This document shows positions 49,020 to 59,687 of a stretch of DNA of 64,000 bases, in pieces. A model generated the notes under the pieces. That model worked only from the letters and a program-made list of their open reading frames with translations, was not told the origin of the DNA and searched no databases. The translations under genes were made by a program, and so were the position numbers. Position 1 is the first letter of the stretch, and the number at the start of each line of letters is the position of its first letter. This stretch comes from an uncultured Rhodohalobacter sp. (GTDB lineage Bacteria > Bacteroidota > Rhodothermia > Balneolales > Balneolaceae), in NCBI GenBank assembly GCA_964544445.1, contig CAZJBI010000001.1:429526-493525 (forward strand). The letters run 5' to 3'.

Positions 49020-49844
49020 CTACAAAAAAATCTTTCGGGTAATCTCTTTTAGTAGAAGACTGCCAGGCACCGACCGGAACAGCTCAATCCACCCGATCGC
49101 TTCTCCCGAAGCCAGCCGGATCCGGTATTGTTGATATTTTTTTTGAGAAGCATTCATTTTAGCCTGATGTTTTTCGAAACATCGATTGTACCCCTCAATT
49201 TGCCGTTCCGAGGTGGTAATTCGCTCTTCCTCATCCCGCATATTCACAACCTGAGTTGTTTTTTGCACGTTTCTGATGGGGCCATAATCATGAACCAGAC
49301 GAATCCAAAGATCATAATCTTGTGCTGATGGGAGAGATTCATCATATCCACCCAGGTTTAACAAATAGTCCCTTTTGGTAAATATCTGGTTGCCAATCAT
49401 ATTGTAATAAAGCAGATCTTGAAGAGTAATGAATGGTTTTTTCTTCCATACAATCTCTTTATCACCAAAGTCCATGCGGTCATTAGCGCAAATACCACCA
49501 AATTGATCACTTTGCCAGGCGTTCAGGAACTCCTCCACTCTATTTGGGCGCCAGTAATCGTCATCATCAATTCCCGTTGCAAATTCACCGCTCGCCGTTT
49601 TAAGCGCAATATTACGGGATGATGCTGCCCCTTTCGGTTCACGGTTTCGAACAATGGTAATTCCATCTTTTTGAGCATAGGATTTGAGAATTTCAGGTGT
49701 AGAATCGTCGGACGCATCATCTACAATAATCAGCTCAATCGATTTGTAAGTCTGGTCAATAACCGACTGTATTGCTCGCTCCAAATACTCTTCCCTGTTG
49801 CGGGTTGGCATATATACCGAAACCAATGGCGTGTTATTCTTCAA
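49020..49844 (-). CDS. GT2 family glycosyltransferase
   Basis: VSVYMPTRN, IVDDASDD, IDDDD, QDYDLW. Confidence 0.92.
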   Translation of the reverse strand: MKNNTPLVSVYMPTRNREEYLERAIQSVIDQTYKSIELIIVDDASDDSTPEILKSYAQKDGITIVRNREPKGAASSRNIALKTASGEFATGIDDDDYWRPNRVEEFLNAWQSDQFGGICANDRMDFGDKEIVWKKKPFITLQDLLYYNMIGNQIFTKRDYLLNLGGYDESLPSAQDYDLWIRLVHDYGPIRNVQKTTQVVNMRDEEERITTSERQIEGYNRCFEKHQAKMNASQKKYQQYRIRLASGEAIGWIELFRSVPGSLLLKEITRKIFL

Positions 49845-49939
49845 AATTCACCAGCTCGTTTGTTTATATTGAAGATTGCACCTGACCAACAGTCAGGATT
49901 ATCTTACGTTTTATAAAATTCCAGATTTATCGAAAAGGT

Positions 49940-50887
49940 ATGCAAACCCAGCCACGAATAACAGTTGCGATATGCACGTACAACAGAGCAGAATACTTAC
50001 GGGATACGCTTCAGGGGCTTTCAAACCAAAGTGTAGAACCGCAGCTTTTTGAAATTCTGGTAGTGAACAATAACAGTACGGACCATACAGAACAGGTTTG
50101 CAAAGAGTTTCAAAAAGGAAAGGAAAAACCGACTTTTAAACATGTAATAGAGCCTGAGCAAGGGTTATCTCGTGCCCGAAACCGCGCGGCCAAAGAGAGC
50201 CGTGCACCCATCGTCATATTTATTGATGATGACGTTTATTTGCCAAAAGAATTTATACAGGAGGCATTGACCTACTCCCAAAGCTATTCTACGTCTTTTT
50301 GTGCAGGGGGCAGAATTGATGTAGCGTTCGAAGGCGAATCGAGGCAGCCTAGCTGGATTCCAAACGAGTTGATGCCGATGTTCGGGCTGCATAATCCATT
50401 CGAAGAGGAGCGGGAATACACCGAAAGTAATTTCCCCAGGGGAGGCAATATGGTTATTCACAAGTCTGTCTTTGAAAAAGCAGGCTATTTCAAAACAGAT
50501 CTTGGCCGAACCGGGGGGCAGCTTCTTGGCGGAGAGGAAAAAGACTATTTTGATACGGTGCGTCGTAAAGGAATCCCACTTTACTACTGGCCTAAGCTCC
50601 GTTTAACGCATCGCATTGGCCGTGCAAGGCTGGAAAAGGAGTATATTAAAAATCAGTCTGTTGGAATTGGCCACAGTGAATGGCTTCGCGTGAGGCACAA
50701 TCCCGCGGATATTGTCCGAAAAAGTGCAGAGGAAGCAGTTAAATTTGCGGGATCACTTATTCTGTTTTTTTGGTATGGACTTTCAGGCAGATGGAGAGCC
50801 GCAATGTTCTTGATTCAGTTCCGCATTTGGGTTTTAGTGGGATTTCTTGGCAGTAAAACGGGAGCTCAAAGGAATGGAGTAGAGTAG
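49940..50887 (+). CDS. GT2 family glycosyltransferase
   Basis: VAICTYNR, VNNNSTD, GLSRARN, FIDDD, GGEE. Confidence 0.92.
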   Translation: MQTQPRITVAICTYNRAEYLRDTLQGLSNQSVEPQLFEILVVNNNSTDHTEQVCKEFQKGKEKPTFKHVIEPEQGLSRARNRAAKESRAPIVIFIDDDVYLPKEFIQEALTYSQSYSTSFCAGGRIDVAFEGESRQPSWIPNELMPMFGLHNPFEEEREYTESNFPRGGNMVIHKSVFEKAGYFKTDLGRTGGQLLGGEEKDYFDTVRRKGIPLYYWPKLRLTHRIGRARLEKEYIKNQSVGIGHSEWLRVRHNPADIVRKSAEEAVKFAGSLILFFWYGLSGRWRAAMFLIQFRIWVLVGFLGSKTGAQRNGVE

Positions 50888-50889
50888 CC

Positions 50890-52368
50890 GTGGGAATTAT
50901 CGTTAAGCAGAGTTTATCCAACCTCCTTATATCCTATGCAGGAATTGCACTGGGTTTTCTGCTAACGATTTTATTATATCCGCATATTCTCTCCCCGGAT
51001 GAGTATGGTTTAACCCGCGTTCTCTTTTCTGCATCTTTTATTAGCACTCAGTTTGCACACCTGGGATTTCAAAATCTGGTCATACGATATTTTCCAGTAT
51101 TTAAGAGTGCCGCACCCGGGAATCATGGGTTTCTATTTTGGGTATGTACGATTCCGATCTTTGGATTTTTACTATTTGCCGGCATCTACTACGCTGCAGA
51201 TAGTACGATCATCGCTTATTATGCAGAGCAATCACCTCTTTTTGTGGATTACTATCTTTGGGTACTCCCCCTCACGCTGTTTATTCTCTATTTCGAAATC
51301 TTAAACAACTATCTGAGATCCCTGCGAGATAGTGTATCAGGTTCGTTTGCAATGGAGATTATTCAGCGACTCATTACTATTGCGCTTCTCGGAGGATATT
51401 TTTTTGAATGGATCACATTCCATCTGTTTATCATGCTTTTTGTACTCAGCTATCTGATAAACCCTCTGATTGTTGCTATACAAATTGCCAGAAAAGGAGA
51501 GTGGAAATTTCGGCCAAATATGAAGCTGCTTCGTCGTCCGCTGATAAAAGGAATGGCAAACTATGGTCTTTTTTCCATGCTCGGGGGCCTCACAACGGTT
51601 ATAGTGTGGAATGTAGATATTCTAATGCTTGGATCCCTGGCGGGGCTCGATCAAACAGCTGTTTACGCGATTGCTTTCTATATGGCGTCCGTAATTGCTA
51701 TTCCTCAACGATCCATCAATAAGATTGTGTCACCTTTGTTGGCAGATTTCATCAAAAACAAAGAGTGGGATGAAGTAGGATCTATATATACCAAATCATC
51801 GCTGAACCAGCTTATTCCGGGAATGTTTATTTTTGGGTTAATCTGGATTAATCTTGATGTTGTATACCACATGATGCCCGAATTTTATTCAGCGGGAAAA
51901 TGGGTGGTGTTCATTGTGGGAATTGGTAAAATAATTGAGATGATCACGGGTGCCAATGGCCTGATATTAATAAACTCCAGGCACTATCGGGTGAGCTTTT
52001 ACACCAACCTGGTTCTTATTGTAGTCACCATTGGTGCAAACTATATCATGATACCGAGATTTGGGATTGAGGGAGCGGCAATGGCATCAGTACTTGCCAT
52101 TTTGGTGTACAACAGTACGAAATATATTTGGGTACTTGTAAAAATGCGCCTGCAGCCTTTCACAAAAAAAACAGTGCTGGTAACAGTTTTGGGTGCAGCT
52201 GCTCTTTCCATTACCCAGCTATTTACATTCGTTGATTTCTACCTGACAGAGGCTATTGTCAATTCACTGATTTTTGTGATACTGTTTGGAGGCCCTGTTA
52301 TTTATTTTTCAATTTCTGAGGATTTGAACATTATGCTAAAGGACTTGGTGGGAAAATGGAAACGATGA
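50890..52368 (+). CDS. oligosaccharide flippase (Wzx/MOP family)
   Basis: About 13-14 hydrophobic segments; LSPDEYG, DILMLG, IPRFGIEGAA. Confidence 0.88.
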   Translation: MGIIVKQSLSNLLISYAGIALGFLLTILLYPHILSPDEYGLTRVLFSASFISTQFAHLGFQNLVIRYFPVFKSAAPGNHGFLFWVCTIPIFGFLLFAGIYYAADSTIIAYYAEQSPLFVDYYLWVLPLTLFILYFEILNNYLRSLRDSVSGSFAMEIIQRLITIALLGGYFFEWITFHLFIMLFVLSYLINPLIVAIQIARKGEWKFRPNMKLLRRPLIKGMANYGLFSMLGGLTTVIVWNVDILMLGSLAGLDQTAVYAIAFYMASVIAIPQRSINKIVSPLLADFIKNKEWDEVGSIYTKSSLNQLIPGMFIFGLIWINLDVVYHMMPEFYSAGKWVVFIVGIGKIIEMITGANGLILINSRHYRVSFYTNLVLIVVTIGANYIMIPRFGIEGAAMASVLAILVYNSTKYIWVLVKMRLQPFTKKTVLVTVLGAAALSITQLFTFVDFYLTEAIVNSLIFVILFGGPVIYFSISEDLNIMLKDLVGKWKR

Positions 52369-53354
52369 AAGCACTACAAGTAGAGGAGAAAAACGGAAAA
52401 AATGTGATGGTGATGGGGGATGCTGAAAAGCCTGTGCCATCAGAACATGATTTGCTTGTAAAAGTTGAGGCGACAGCACTGAATCGGGCTGATCTTCTTC
52501 AGAAATCGGGGAAATACCCTCCTCCAAAAGGAGCTTCCAATATTCTTGGGCTTGAAATGGCTGGTAAAGTGGTTGGCTTCGGCAGAGCCGTCCAAAATGT
52601 TGAGGTGGGCGATCGTGTATTTGGACTGTTGCCTGGTGGAGGGTATGCTGAATACTGTGCAATTCCTGCGAAAATGGCGATACCTGTTCCCGAATCCTTT
52701 TCTTATGAGGAGGCAGCCGCAATTCCGGAGGTTTTTCTTACGGCTTACCAGGCACTTTTTTGGCTTGGAGGATTATCAGGCAGTGAGTCTGTACTCGTTC
52801 ATGCCGGCGCAAGTGGTGTTGGCACTGCAGCCATTCAGCTTGCGGTGCAGTTACGCGGATCAAAAGTTTGTACAACCTCGGGAGCAAAGAGAAAACAGGA
52901 ATTATGCGCTGCGCTCGGTTCAGAAATAAACGTCAATTACAAAGAGCAAGATTTTGCAGAAGTCATTGAATCAGAGCTTGGAAAAGATAATGTAGATTTG
53001 ATTATCGACTTTATTGGAAAGCCGTACTGGGAAAAAAATATAGACCTGTTGGCCAGAGACGGGCGGCTTGTGATGCTGGCGTTGATGGGAGGTTCATCAT
53101 TAAAAGAGGCTAGCCTGGTGCCAATACTTCGAAAACGTCTTGCAATAAAAGGTTCAACCCTTCGCAACCGAACACTGGAGTATAAATCCAATCTTACCCA
53201 GGAGTTTATAAAAAATTGTATACCTCTTTTCGAAGAGGGTAAACTACGACCGGTCATTGATTCTGTTTTCAGCTGGGAAGACGCAGAACATGCTCATCAG
53301 CGAATGGAAGAAAATAAGAATGCCGGCAAGATTGTACTTTCAGTTACTTCATGA
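52365..53354 (+). CDS. NAD(P)H-quinone oxidoreductase, PIG3 family
   Basis: NRADLLQ, YPPPKGAS, GGGYAE, HAGASGVG, GSTLR. Confidence 0.93.
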   Translation: MKALQVEEKNGKNVMVMGDAEKPVPSEHDLLVKVEATALNRADLLQKSGKYPPPKGASNILGLEMAGKVVGFGRAVQNVEVGDRVFGLLPGGGYAEYCAIPAKMAIPVPESFSYEEAAAIPEVFLTAYQALFWLGGLSGSESVLVHAGASGVGTAAIQLAVQLRGSKVCTTSGAKRKQELCAALGSEINVNYKEQDFAEVIESELGKDNVDLIIDFIGKPYWEKNIDLLARDGRLVMLALMGGSSLKEASLVPILRKRLAIKGSTLRNRTLEYKSNLTQEFIKNCIPLFEEGKLRPVIDSVFSWEDAEHAHQRMEENKNAGKIVLSVTS

Positions 53355-53480
53355 AAGTCCTTGGAAGTAGTGAGAAAGGTTCAGAACTTACTATCTTTGC
53401 TGCATCACAGTTATCTTTTTGGTAGTCACCATGAGAAGACTTAAATCTGAACAGTTGATTGGGATTGGATAAGAATATTT

Positions 53481-55994
53481 ATGTTAAAACAGATGTATTG
53501 GTATCGGCAAGTGTGGGTAGTTGCAGCAATCGTTATACTACCTATGATTTTTTATTATGGGTGTAAATCTTCAGAAACAATGATGGCTGAACCTCCTGAG
53601 AATGTATCTGAAAGAGCAGATGAAATCGATATTGCCAAATCTGAGAGGGCAGAAGATCCTAAGCCGATGGAGGAGTTCCGGGGAGTGTGGGTCGCTACGG
53701 TTGCAAATATCGACTGGCCATCTGAACCGGGCTTATCTGTTCAAAAACAGAAAGAAGAACTGATTACACTTCTCGACAAGGCCGCCTCACTTCATTTTAA
53801 TGCAATTATTTTTCAGGTTAGGCCTGCTGCCGATGCTATGTATCATTCACATCTTGAGCCGTGGTCGTACTACCTTACTGGAAAAATGGGCCGTGCTCCT
53901 CTGCCGGAATTTGACCCTCTTGAATTTGTGATACTGGAATCCCACAAGCGGGGAATGGAGCTTCACGCATGGTTTAATCCATATCGTGCGGGGCATCCGG
54001 CTGATAAATCAGATGAAATTTCTCCGGATCATATCAGTAAAACCAATCCTGACTTTGTTGTAGAGTACGGCGACTTTTTATGGCTTGATCCAGGATCTGA
54101 GGGAGCTCGAGAACATACGCTCTCCGTAATAATGGATGTTGTGGAGCGCTATGATATTGATGGGGTTCATTTTGATGACTATTTCTATCCATATCCATCC
54201 TATGCTGACGGGGCAGATTTTCCGGATGAGGCGAGCTGGCAAACTGCGCAGCAGAACGGAAATACTCTTTCAAGGGGGGATTGGCGACGTGAAAACGTGA
54301 ACAAATTGATGAAAGAGCTGTCTGATAGCATCAAACAAACAAAACCACATGTAAAATTTGGAATCAGTCCATTTGGAATCTGGCGCCCTGGGTTCCCTGA
54401 AAATACCACAGGTTTTGATGCATATGAAAACCTGTACGCTGATGCAAGACTGTGGATCCAGGAAGGGTGGGTAGACTATTTTACACCACAAATCTATTAT
54501 AAAATGGATCAAATTCCGCAACCATTTCCGGTTATGCTGGAGTGGTGGCTGGAACAAAATGATCACGATCGCCATATCTGGCCGGGTCTTTATACAAGCC
54601 GGTTGAGGACGCAGGACAGAACCTGGCCAAGTGAAGAGATCATGGGTCAGATTTATACATCTCGTGGTTTTCCAGGCGTGAGTGGAGCAATCCATTTTAG
54701 CATGAAAACGTTTCTTGAAAACACCAACGGATTTAACCGGCAGATTTCCGCAGGTCCGCACGCTCTCCCATCAATTGTACCGGCTTCAACCTGGATGGAT
54801 GCAGAGGCTCCGGCTCCACCCGTTGCGGAGTTTAAAGATTATGGAGGTTTTTATTCAGTTCATATAGATCACCAAAATCCTGAATCGGTTCGCTGGTGGA
54901 TTATTCAAAGTCGTACCGGCGATCTTACAGATTATGATGTGCTGCCAGCACATCGAAGAGATATTCGATATTATGGTGGTAAAGCAATGAAACGGCCAGA
55001 TAAAATCAAGATTACGGCTGTGAACAAATTAGGATTTCAGAGCAGGAAAATGAGTATTTACCCGCATGGCGAGTCCGCTTCTGATCAAGATTCAACAGAA
55101 ATTGAAAAGCCCGAAATGGTGTTGAGGATGAAATGGGGGGATCAATCACCCGGTGGAGTGCAGGCGAACGGCATACGTCGAAATATTCTACAGCAAGATA
55201 CTCTACGGTTTCAAGATATAACGATTGTATTTGAGGGAATAGTTAAATCTGTCCCCTTTCCTGCACGTCTTTTAAAAGCTCCGGAAACGGCACCTGACGA
55301 TCAACCTGAAGAGAAAGAGACTATTACTCTGCAATTATATAAAAATGGGGTATCGGAGCGGCTAAAAGTTGAGTCGGGAGATGCATTTAACTGGTACGGC
55401 TATCATGTGGGCGTTTTGAAGTCTGATTTTCAAAGCGGTATGATACAGCTTGAGGTGGCCACGGTTTCGTCAATGTCGGTAGCCAGGGCTGCACTACCCG
55501 GTGTCGGTACTGCAAATGATCGAATTCGGGTGCCACACCGTATCAACCAAATTACGCTGCATCATACGGGGAGTGCTGAGCCGCTAAGTGAGGATGTTGA
55601 TCCCGTGGAGGCGCTTCAAAATTTATTCAGATGGGGGGCAGAAGACCGGAATTGGTGGGACTTGCCCTATCACTTTTTAATTGGGCTTGATGGAACAATT
55701 TATGAGGGAAGGGATGCGCGCTTTGCAGGCGATACAAATACAACTTATGATCCCCGTGGACACCTGCTAATAAGCGTAATGGGAAATTATACGCTGCAAG
55801 AACCCACAGACGCGCAGATCGAGGCCATCTCTGATTTGATGGCCTATGGCCTCAAAAAATATGAACTCGGCATGGATGATATTGGTACTCACAGCCATTT
55901 TGCAGATACAAGTTGTCCGGGGTTACATCTTCAGGAGCTTTTTGATGATGGAACACTTCTAAAATTGGTTGCGGATAAGCGATCAGAGCTGTAA
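53481..55994 (+). CDS. lipoprotein: GHL10 (YddW/DigH-like) glycoside hydrolase fused to a PGRP/Amidase_2 domain
   Basis: EFRGVWVATVANIDWPS, HAWFNPYR, DGVHFDDYFYPY, GISPFGIW; C-terminal TLHHTG, PYHFLI...IYEGR, HSH...TSCPG; lipobox YYGC. Confidence 0.88.
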   Translation: MLKQMYWYRQVWVVAAIVILPMIFYYGCKSSETMMAEPPENVSERADEIDIAKSERAEDPKPMEEFRGVWVATVANIDWPSEPGLSVQKQKEELITLLDKAASLHFNAIIFQVRPAADAMYHSHLEPWSYYLTGKMGRAPLPEFDPLEFVILESHKRGMELHAWFNPYRAGHPADKSDEISPDHISKTNPDFVVEYGDFLWLDPGSEGAREHTLSVIMDVVERYDIDGVHFDDYFYPYPSYADGADFPDEASWQTAQQNGNTLSRGDWRRENVNKLMKELSDSIKQTKPHVKFGISPFGIWRPGFPENTTGFDAYENLYADARLWIQEGWVDYFTPQIYYKMDQIPQPFPVMLEWWLEQNDHDRHIWPGLYTSRLRTQDRTWPSEEIMGQIYTSRGFPGVSGAIHFSMKTFLENTNGFNRQISAGPHALPSIVPASTWMDAEAPAPPVAEFKDYGGFYSVHIDHQNPESVRWWIIQSRTGDLTDYDVLPAHRRDIRYYGGKAMKRPDKIKITAVNKLGFQSRKMSIYPHGESASDQDSTEIEKPEMVLRMKWGDQSPGGVQANGIRRNILQQDTLRFQDITIVFEGIVKSVPFPARLLKAPETAPDDQPEEKETITLQLYKNGVSERLKVESGDAFNWYGYHVGVLKSDFQSGMIQLEVATVSSMSVARAALPGVGTANDRIRVPHRINQITLHHTGSAEPLSEDVDPVEALQNLFRWGAEDRNWWDLPYHFLIGLDGTIYEGRDARFAGDTNTTYDPRGHLLISVMGNYTLQEPTDAQIEAISDLMAYGLKKYELGMDDIGTHSHFADTSCPGLHLQELFDDGTLLKLVADKRSEL

Positions 55995-56004
55995 TCATAC
56001 GTGC

Positions 56005-56388
56005 TCAGGAGTTGAGTGGCTCTATTTTTTCTATGGAATCTTTTAACTGCTTGAAAGTAAGAGGTTTACCCAAGTAGTCGTAGTAGCCAAGTTCCTCGGC
56101 TCGATCTTTGTTTTTCGGGTCGGTATTTCCCGTAATATAGATTACAGGAACATCACCTTTCTTCTCTTTGATGCGTTTATAAGCTTCAATTCCGTCAATG
56201 TCGTCCTGAAGCATGATGTCCATGAGGATGAGCCCAAAATCGTTCTCTTCGCAAAGCTCTACAGCCTCACGGCCTTTTGTTGTTTTCTCAAACTGATCAA
56301 AACCCATTCTCTGCAGCATGTGTACCAGCATGAGCTGAAGGACCAATTCGTCTTCAACTATAAGTATTTTTTTTGTTGTGCCGCTCAT
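56005..56388 (-). CDS. single-domain response regulator
   Basis: ILIVEDE, LMDIML, DG, ITG, KP. Confidence 0.93.
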   Translation of the reverse strand: MSGTTKKILIVEDELVLQLMLVHMLQRMGFDQFEKTTKGREAVELCEENDFGLILMDIMLQDDIDGIEAYKRIKEKKGDVPVIYITGNTDPKNKDRAEELGYYDYLGKPLTFKQLKDSIEKIEPLNS

Positions 56389-56510
56389 GGTGTCTATTAG
56401 AGAACAATTAATTTTCCAATCATTAATTATACAAATAATCTTATCAACTAAAAATGTAATCTAATGTCTTGGTAATTCAATCTTTTGAAAAAAAGTAAAA
56501 TTGTTGACCA

Positions 56511-57524
56511 TTAATCTTGTAACAGCCGGCAAATAGCATTGGTATAAGATTTAGTATTGCCGCTGCCGCCAATGTCTTTGGTACACGCAGCTTTGTGATC
56601 TTGGAGTACCGTATACACCGCCGAGCGTATGCGTTCTGCTGTTCTGTATTGATCCAGATACTCGAGCATCATGAGGGCAGAAAATAATACGGCTGTAGGA
56701 TTTGCAACTCCTTTACCGGCTATATCGGGGGCTGAGCCATGAACTGCTTCAAACATTGCGGCATCATCACCAATATTTGCGGCACCGGTCACGCCAAGGC
56801 CGCCCACAAGACCTGAGGCTAAATCCGATAGAATATCACCGAACAGATTGGTTGTAACAATGATATCAAACTGTCCGGGATTCAGTACCATCTGCATAGC
56901 CATGTTGTCGACAATAAGATCCTGAAACTCAATGCTTGTATACTCCTTCGCGATCTTCCTGCCCACCTCAAGGAAAAGACCTGTAGTTAGTTTTAGAATA
57001 TTGGCTTTATGAACCAGCGTTACTTTTTTTCGATTATTTTTTACAGCGTAATCGAAAGCCGCGCGAATAATTTTTTCACTTGCAGCACGTGTGACAACGG
57101 CAATACTCTCTGCATGCTCGGTTTCTTCCTTGTCAATCCAGTGTTCTTTGCCATAGTAAAGTCCCTGGGTATTTTCTCTGAAAATAACGAGGTCTACAGC
57201 TCGAAAGGGACTTTCAATGTTAGGCAAGGATTTGGCGGGTCGAATATTACTGTAAAGGTTAAATTTTTGGCGAAGTGCAACATTAATGGATCGAAATCCG
57301 GCTCCAACGGGAGTTGTTAACGGCCCCTTAAATGCAATTCTATGCTTCTCAATTGCCTCTAGAGTTTCATCTGGCAGTGGGTTTCCCGTACGTTTAAACG
57401 TGGCTTCTCCAGCCTCACACTTTATCCAGTTAATATTGGCTCCTGCTGTGTCCAGTATTTTAACAACCGAATCTGTGATCTCTTTTCCTATTCCGTCACC
57501 GGGTATTAATACAATGTCTGTCAT
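56511..57524 (-). CDS. isocitrate/isopropylmalate dehydrogenase family protein, most like NAD-dependent isocitrate dehydrogenase
   Basis: KGPLTTPVG..FRSINVALR, VHKANI, NLFGDILSD, HGSAPDIAG. Confidence 0.88.
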   Translation of the reverse strand: MTDIVLIPGDGIGKEITDSVVKILDTAGANINWIKCEAGEATFKRTGNPLPDETLEAIEKHRIAFKGPLTTPVGAGFRSINVALRQKFNLYSNIRPAKSLPNIESPFRAVDLVIFRENTQGLYYGKEHWIDKEETEHAESIAVVTRAASEKIIRAAFDYAVKNNRKKVTLVHKANILKLTTGLFLEVGRKIAKEYTSIEFQDLIVDNMAMQMVLNPGQFDIIVTTNLFGDILSDLASGLVGGLGVTGAANIGDDAAMFEAVHGSAPDIAGKGVANPTAVLFSALMMLEYLDQYRTAERIRSAVYTVLQDHKAACTKDIGGSGNTKSYTNAICRLLQD

Positions 57525-57699
57525 GAAAATAGCTGATGATTATTCATTTTTTATCTATTACAGCAAGGTATAAATTCACAGGGATTGCAGCAATTCTATT
57601 TGGAGGTAGATACAGGTGCAAAGGTATAAACAAAGCCTTTTCTTTGATTCATAAAATAAATTCGTAATATCTCGCTACACTTATAATAAACAAGGCAGC

Positions 57700-59055
57700 A
57701 TGAAACGATTTAGAAGTGATACTCCTCGGGCATCCAAAAAAGAGATATTTGGCTGGGCAATGTTCGATTTTGCAAACCAGTCGTATACTCTTTTAATCAT
57801 CACCGTTATTTTTCCTGTACTATTTACAACAGTGATAGTGGGAGATGCGGAACAAGACTACCGCCTTGGAAATTTGCTGTGGAGTGTGGCTCTGGGTGTC
57901 AGCTATTTTATTGTTGTACTAAGCGGGCCGGTTTTTGGGGCGATTATGGACTATTCGGCGCTCAAGAAAAAGTTTCTGTTTTACAGCTATCTTCTCACCA
58001 TTATTAGCACAACTCTGCTCTACTTTGTGGAACCAGGCCTAGTGGTTCTTGGTGTTACCCTGATTATTATTTCAAATTTTGCTTACGCAATCGGGGAAAA
58101 TTTTATTGCAGCTTTTTTGCCAAGCCTGGGGCCTCCTAGCGATCTTGGAAAAATTTCGGGATTTGGATGGGCTCTAGGTTACGTTGGCGGGTTATGCTCG
58201 GCAGGTTTTGTTATTGCATACCTGGGCGAACCAACAGCCGATAATTATGAACGTATTCGGTGGGTGGGTCCTTTTGCTGCCCTCTTTTTTATGCTGGCAG
58301 CCATTCCTACGTTTATGTGGGTAAAAGAACCTGGCGCCAGAAAGCCCCTGCCAAAAGGTGAAACATTTTATTCTATGGGGTTTAAGCGCTTGGGAGAAAC
58401 GCTAAAGATGGTTAGCAAATTTAAAGACCTTACTGTATTTCTTATATCTGTTTTCTTTGCAATGGCTGGAATTTATATCGTAATCTCTTTTGCATTTATT
58501 TATGGAGATCAAATTGTGCAGTGGGATGAATCTGTGCGGGTTTTGATGTTTATTGTAGTGCAGATAACTGCTGCTGTTGGTGCATTTGCCTTTGGGTTCA
58601 TTCAGGATAAAATTGGAGCTAAGGTAACATACAACCTCACTCTGGGTCTCTGGTTTATTGGCGTATTGGGAATATGGGGAGTCACTGACATTACAAACTG
58701 GTTGAATAGCACATTCGCTCAGGATTTTGAAGTACAGTATGTGTTCTTGAATATTGGAGTGATTGCGGGGCTAAGCCTTGGCTCAAGCCAGTCTGCAAGC
58801 CGCGCACTGGTAGGGCTGTTTACGCCGGAACAAAAGTCGGCTGAATTTTTTGGATTCTGGGGACTTGCTAACAAAATAGCCGGTGTTGTTGGAATTATTG
58901 GTATAGGATTGCTTCAGGCTGAGTTTGGGCTGCATCAATCGGTTCTATTCTGCGCATTTCTTTTCCTGGCGGCAATCATTGTTTGTCTTTTTGTAAACGA
59001 AAAGCGTGGTGAGGTAGCTGCAGACGATTTTCAAGAACAAAATTTGGTTCTCTAA
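57700..59055 (+). CDS. MFS transporter (UMF1/Atg22-like)
   Basis: WAMFDFAN, ISGFGWALGYVGG, QSASRA, AEFFGF; 12-TM pattern. Confidence 0.9.
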   Translation: MKRFRSDTPRASKKEIFGWAMFDFANQSYTLLIITVIFPVLFTTVIVGDAEQDYRLGNLLWSVALGVSYFIVVLSGPVFGAIMDYSALKKKFLFYSYLLTIISTTLLYFVEPGLVVLGVTLIIISNFAYAIGENFIAAFLPSLGPPSDLGKISGFGWALGYVGGLCSAGFVIAYLGEPTADNYERIRWVGPFAALFFMLAAIPTFMWVKEPGARKPLPKGETFYSMGFKRLGETLKMVSKFKDLTVFLISVFFAMAGIYIVISFAFIYGDQIVQWDESVRVLMFIVVQITAAVGAFAFGFIQDKIGAKVTYNLTLGLWFIGVLGIWGVTDITNWLNSTFAQDFEVQYVFLNIGVIAGLSLGSSQSASRALVGLFTPEQKSAEFFGFWGLANKIAGVVGIIGIGLLQAEFGLHQSVLFCAFLFLAAIIVCLFVNEKRGEVAADDFQEQNLVL

Positions 59056-59381
59056 AGAAGATTAATAAAACATTTTTTGGGGATGTTCATTAAACGATTT
59101 GTTTAAAGATAGAACTATCTCAATATCAATATTTCTTGTGAGGCTCATAAAGCACTGATAATATTTATCGTTTACGGTATATACTGTGTTCTGGCGAAAT
59201 AGATTCAAAAATCTGAGTGAATAATGTGAATAGAACAAAAAAATCATTAGAAAAAGGTGATTTTAAGCCCCAGAGTGTTAACTTGTGCAAACTTATTTGA
59301 GACGAGATAATGACCATTTTTCGTATCAAACGTGGGTTTGAATAACCTACTAACTACTAACTAAATACACGGAGATATTTT

Positions 59382-59558
59382 ATGAGCAGAATTAGCGAAG
59401 TTAAAACGTTGATGGAAGGCCTGGAAGAAGATCTTGTTAAGTTTTATGATAAAGGCAATAAAGCCGCAGGTACGCGTGCAAGAAAACAGCTGCAAGACTT
59501 GAAAAAACTTGCCCAGGAAATACGCCTTGAAATCCAGGACATCAAAAATAAAGCATAA
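59382..59558 (+). CDS. histone H1-like (Hc1 family) small protein, 58 aa
   Basis: Hand translation MSRISEVKTLMEGLEEDLVKFYDKGNKAAGTRARKQLQDLKKLAQEIRLEIQDIKNKA; GGAG upstream; below the ORF-track size cut-off. Confidence 0.9.
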   Translation: MSRISEVKTLMEGLEEDLVKFYDKGNKAAGTRARKQLQDLKKLAQEIRLEIQDIKNKA

Positions 59559-59578
59559 GGAATTATCCTGTTTTTAAT

Positions 59579-59604
59579 AAAAGCCACCTTGTGTGGCTTT
59601 TTTT
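59579..59604 (+). terminator. intrinsic terminator after the Hc1-like gene
   Basis: AAAAGCCAC-CTTGT-GTGGCTTTTTTT. Confidence 0.85.
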
Positions 59605-59687
59605 GTTTCAGCCTGTACTTGAAAATCATATCTTTTTGTGCGGTTAAGATCTCCTTATCGTTATTTCGAATCTTTTGTTGAATAAGT

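Noticed and set aside
59444..59629. 61-aa minus-strand ORF in the track
   Set aside because: It is antisense to the Hc1-like gene and runs through that gene's terminator.
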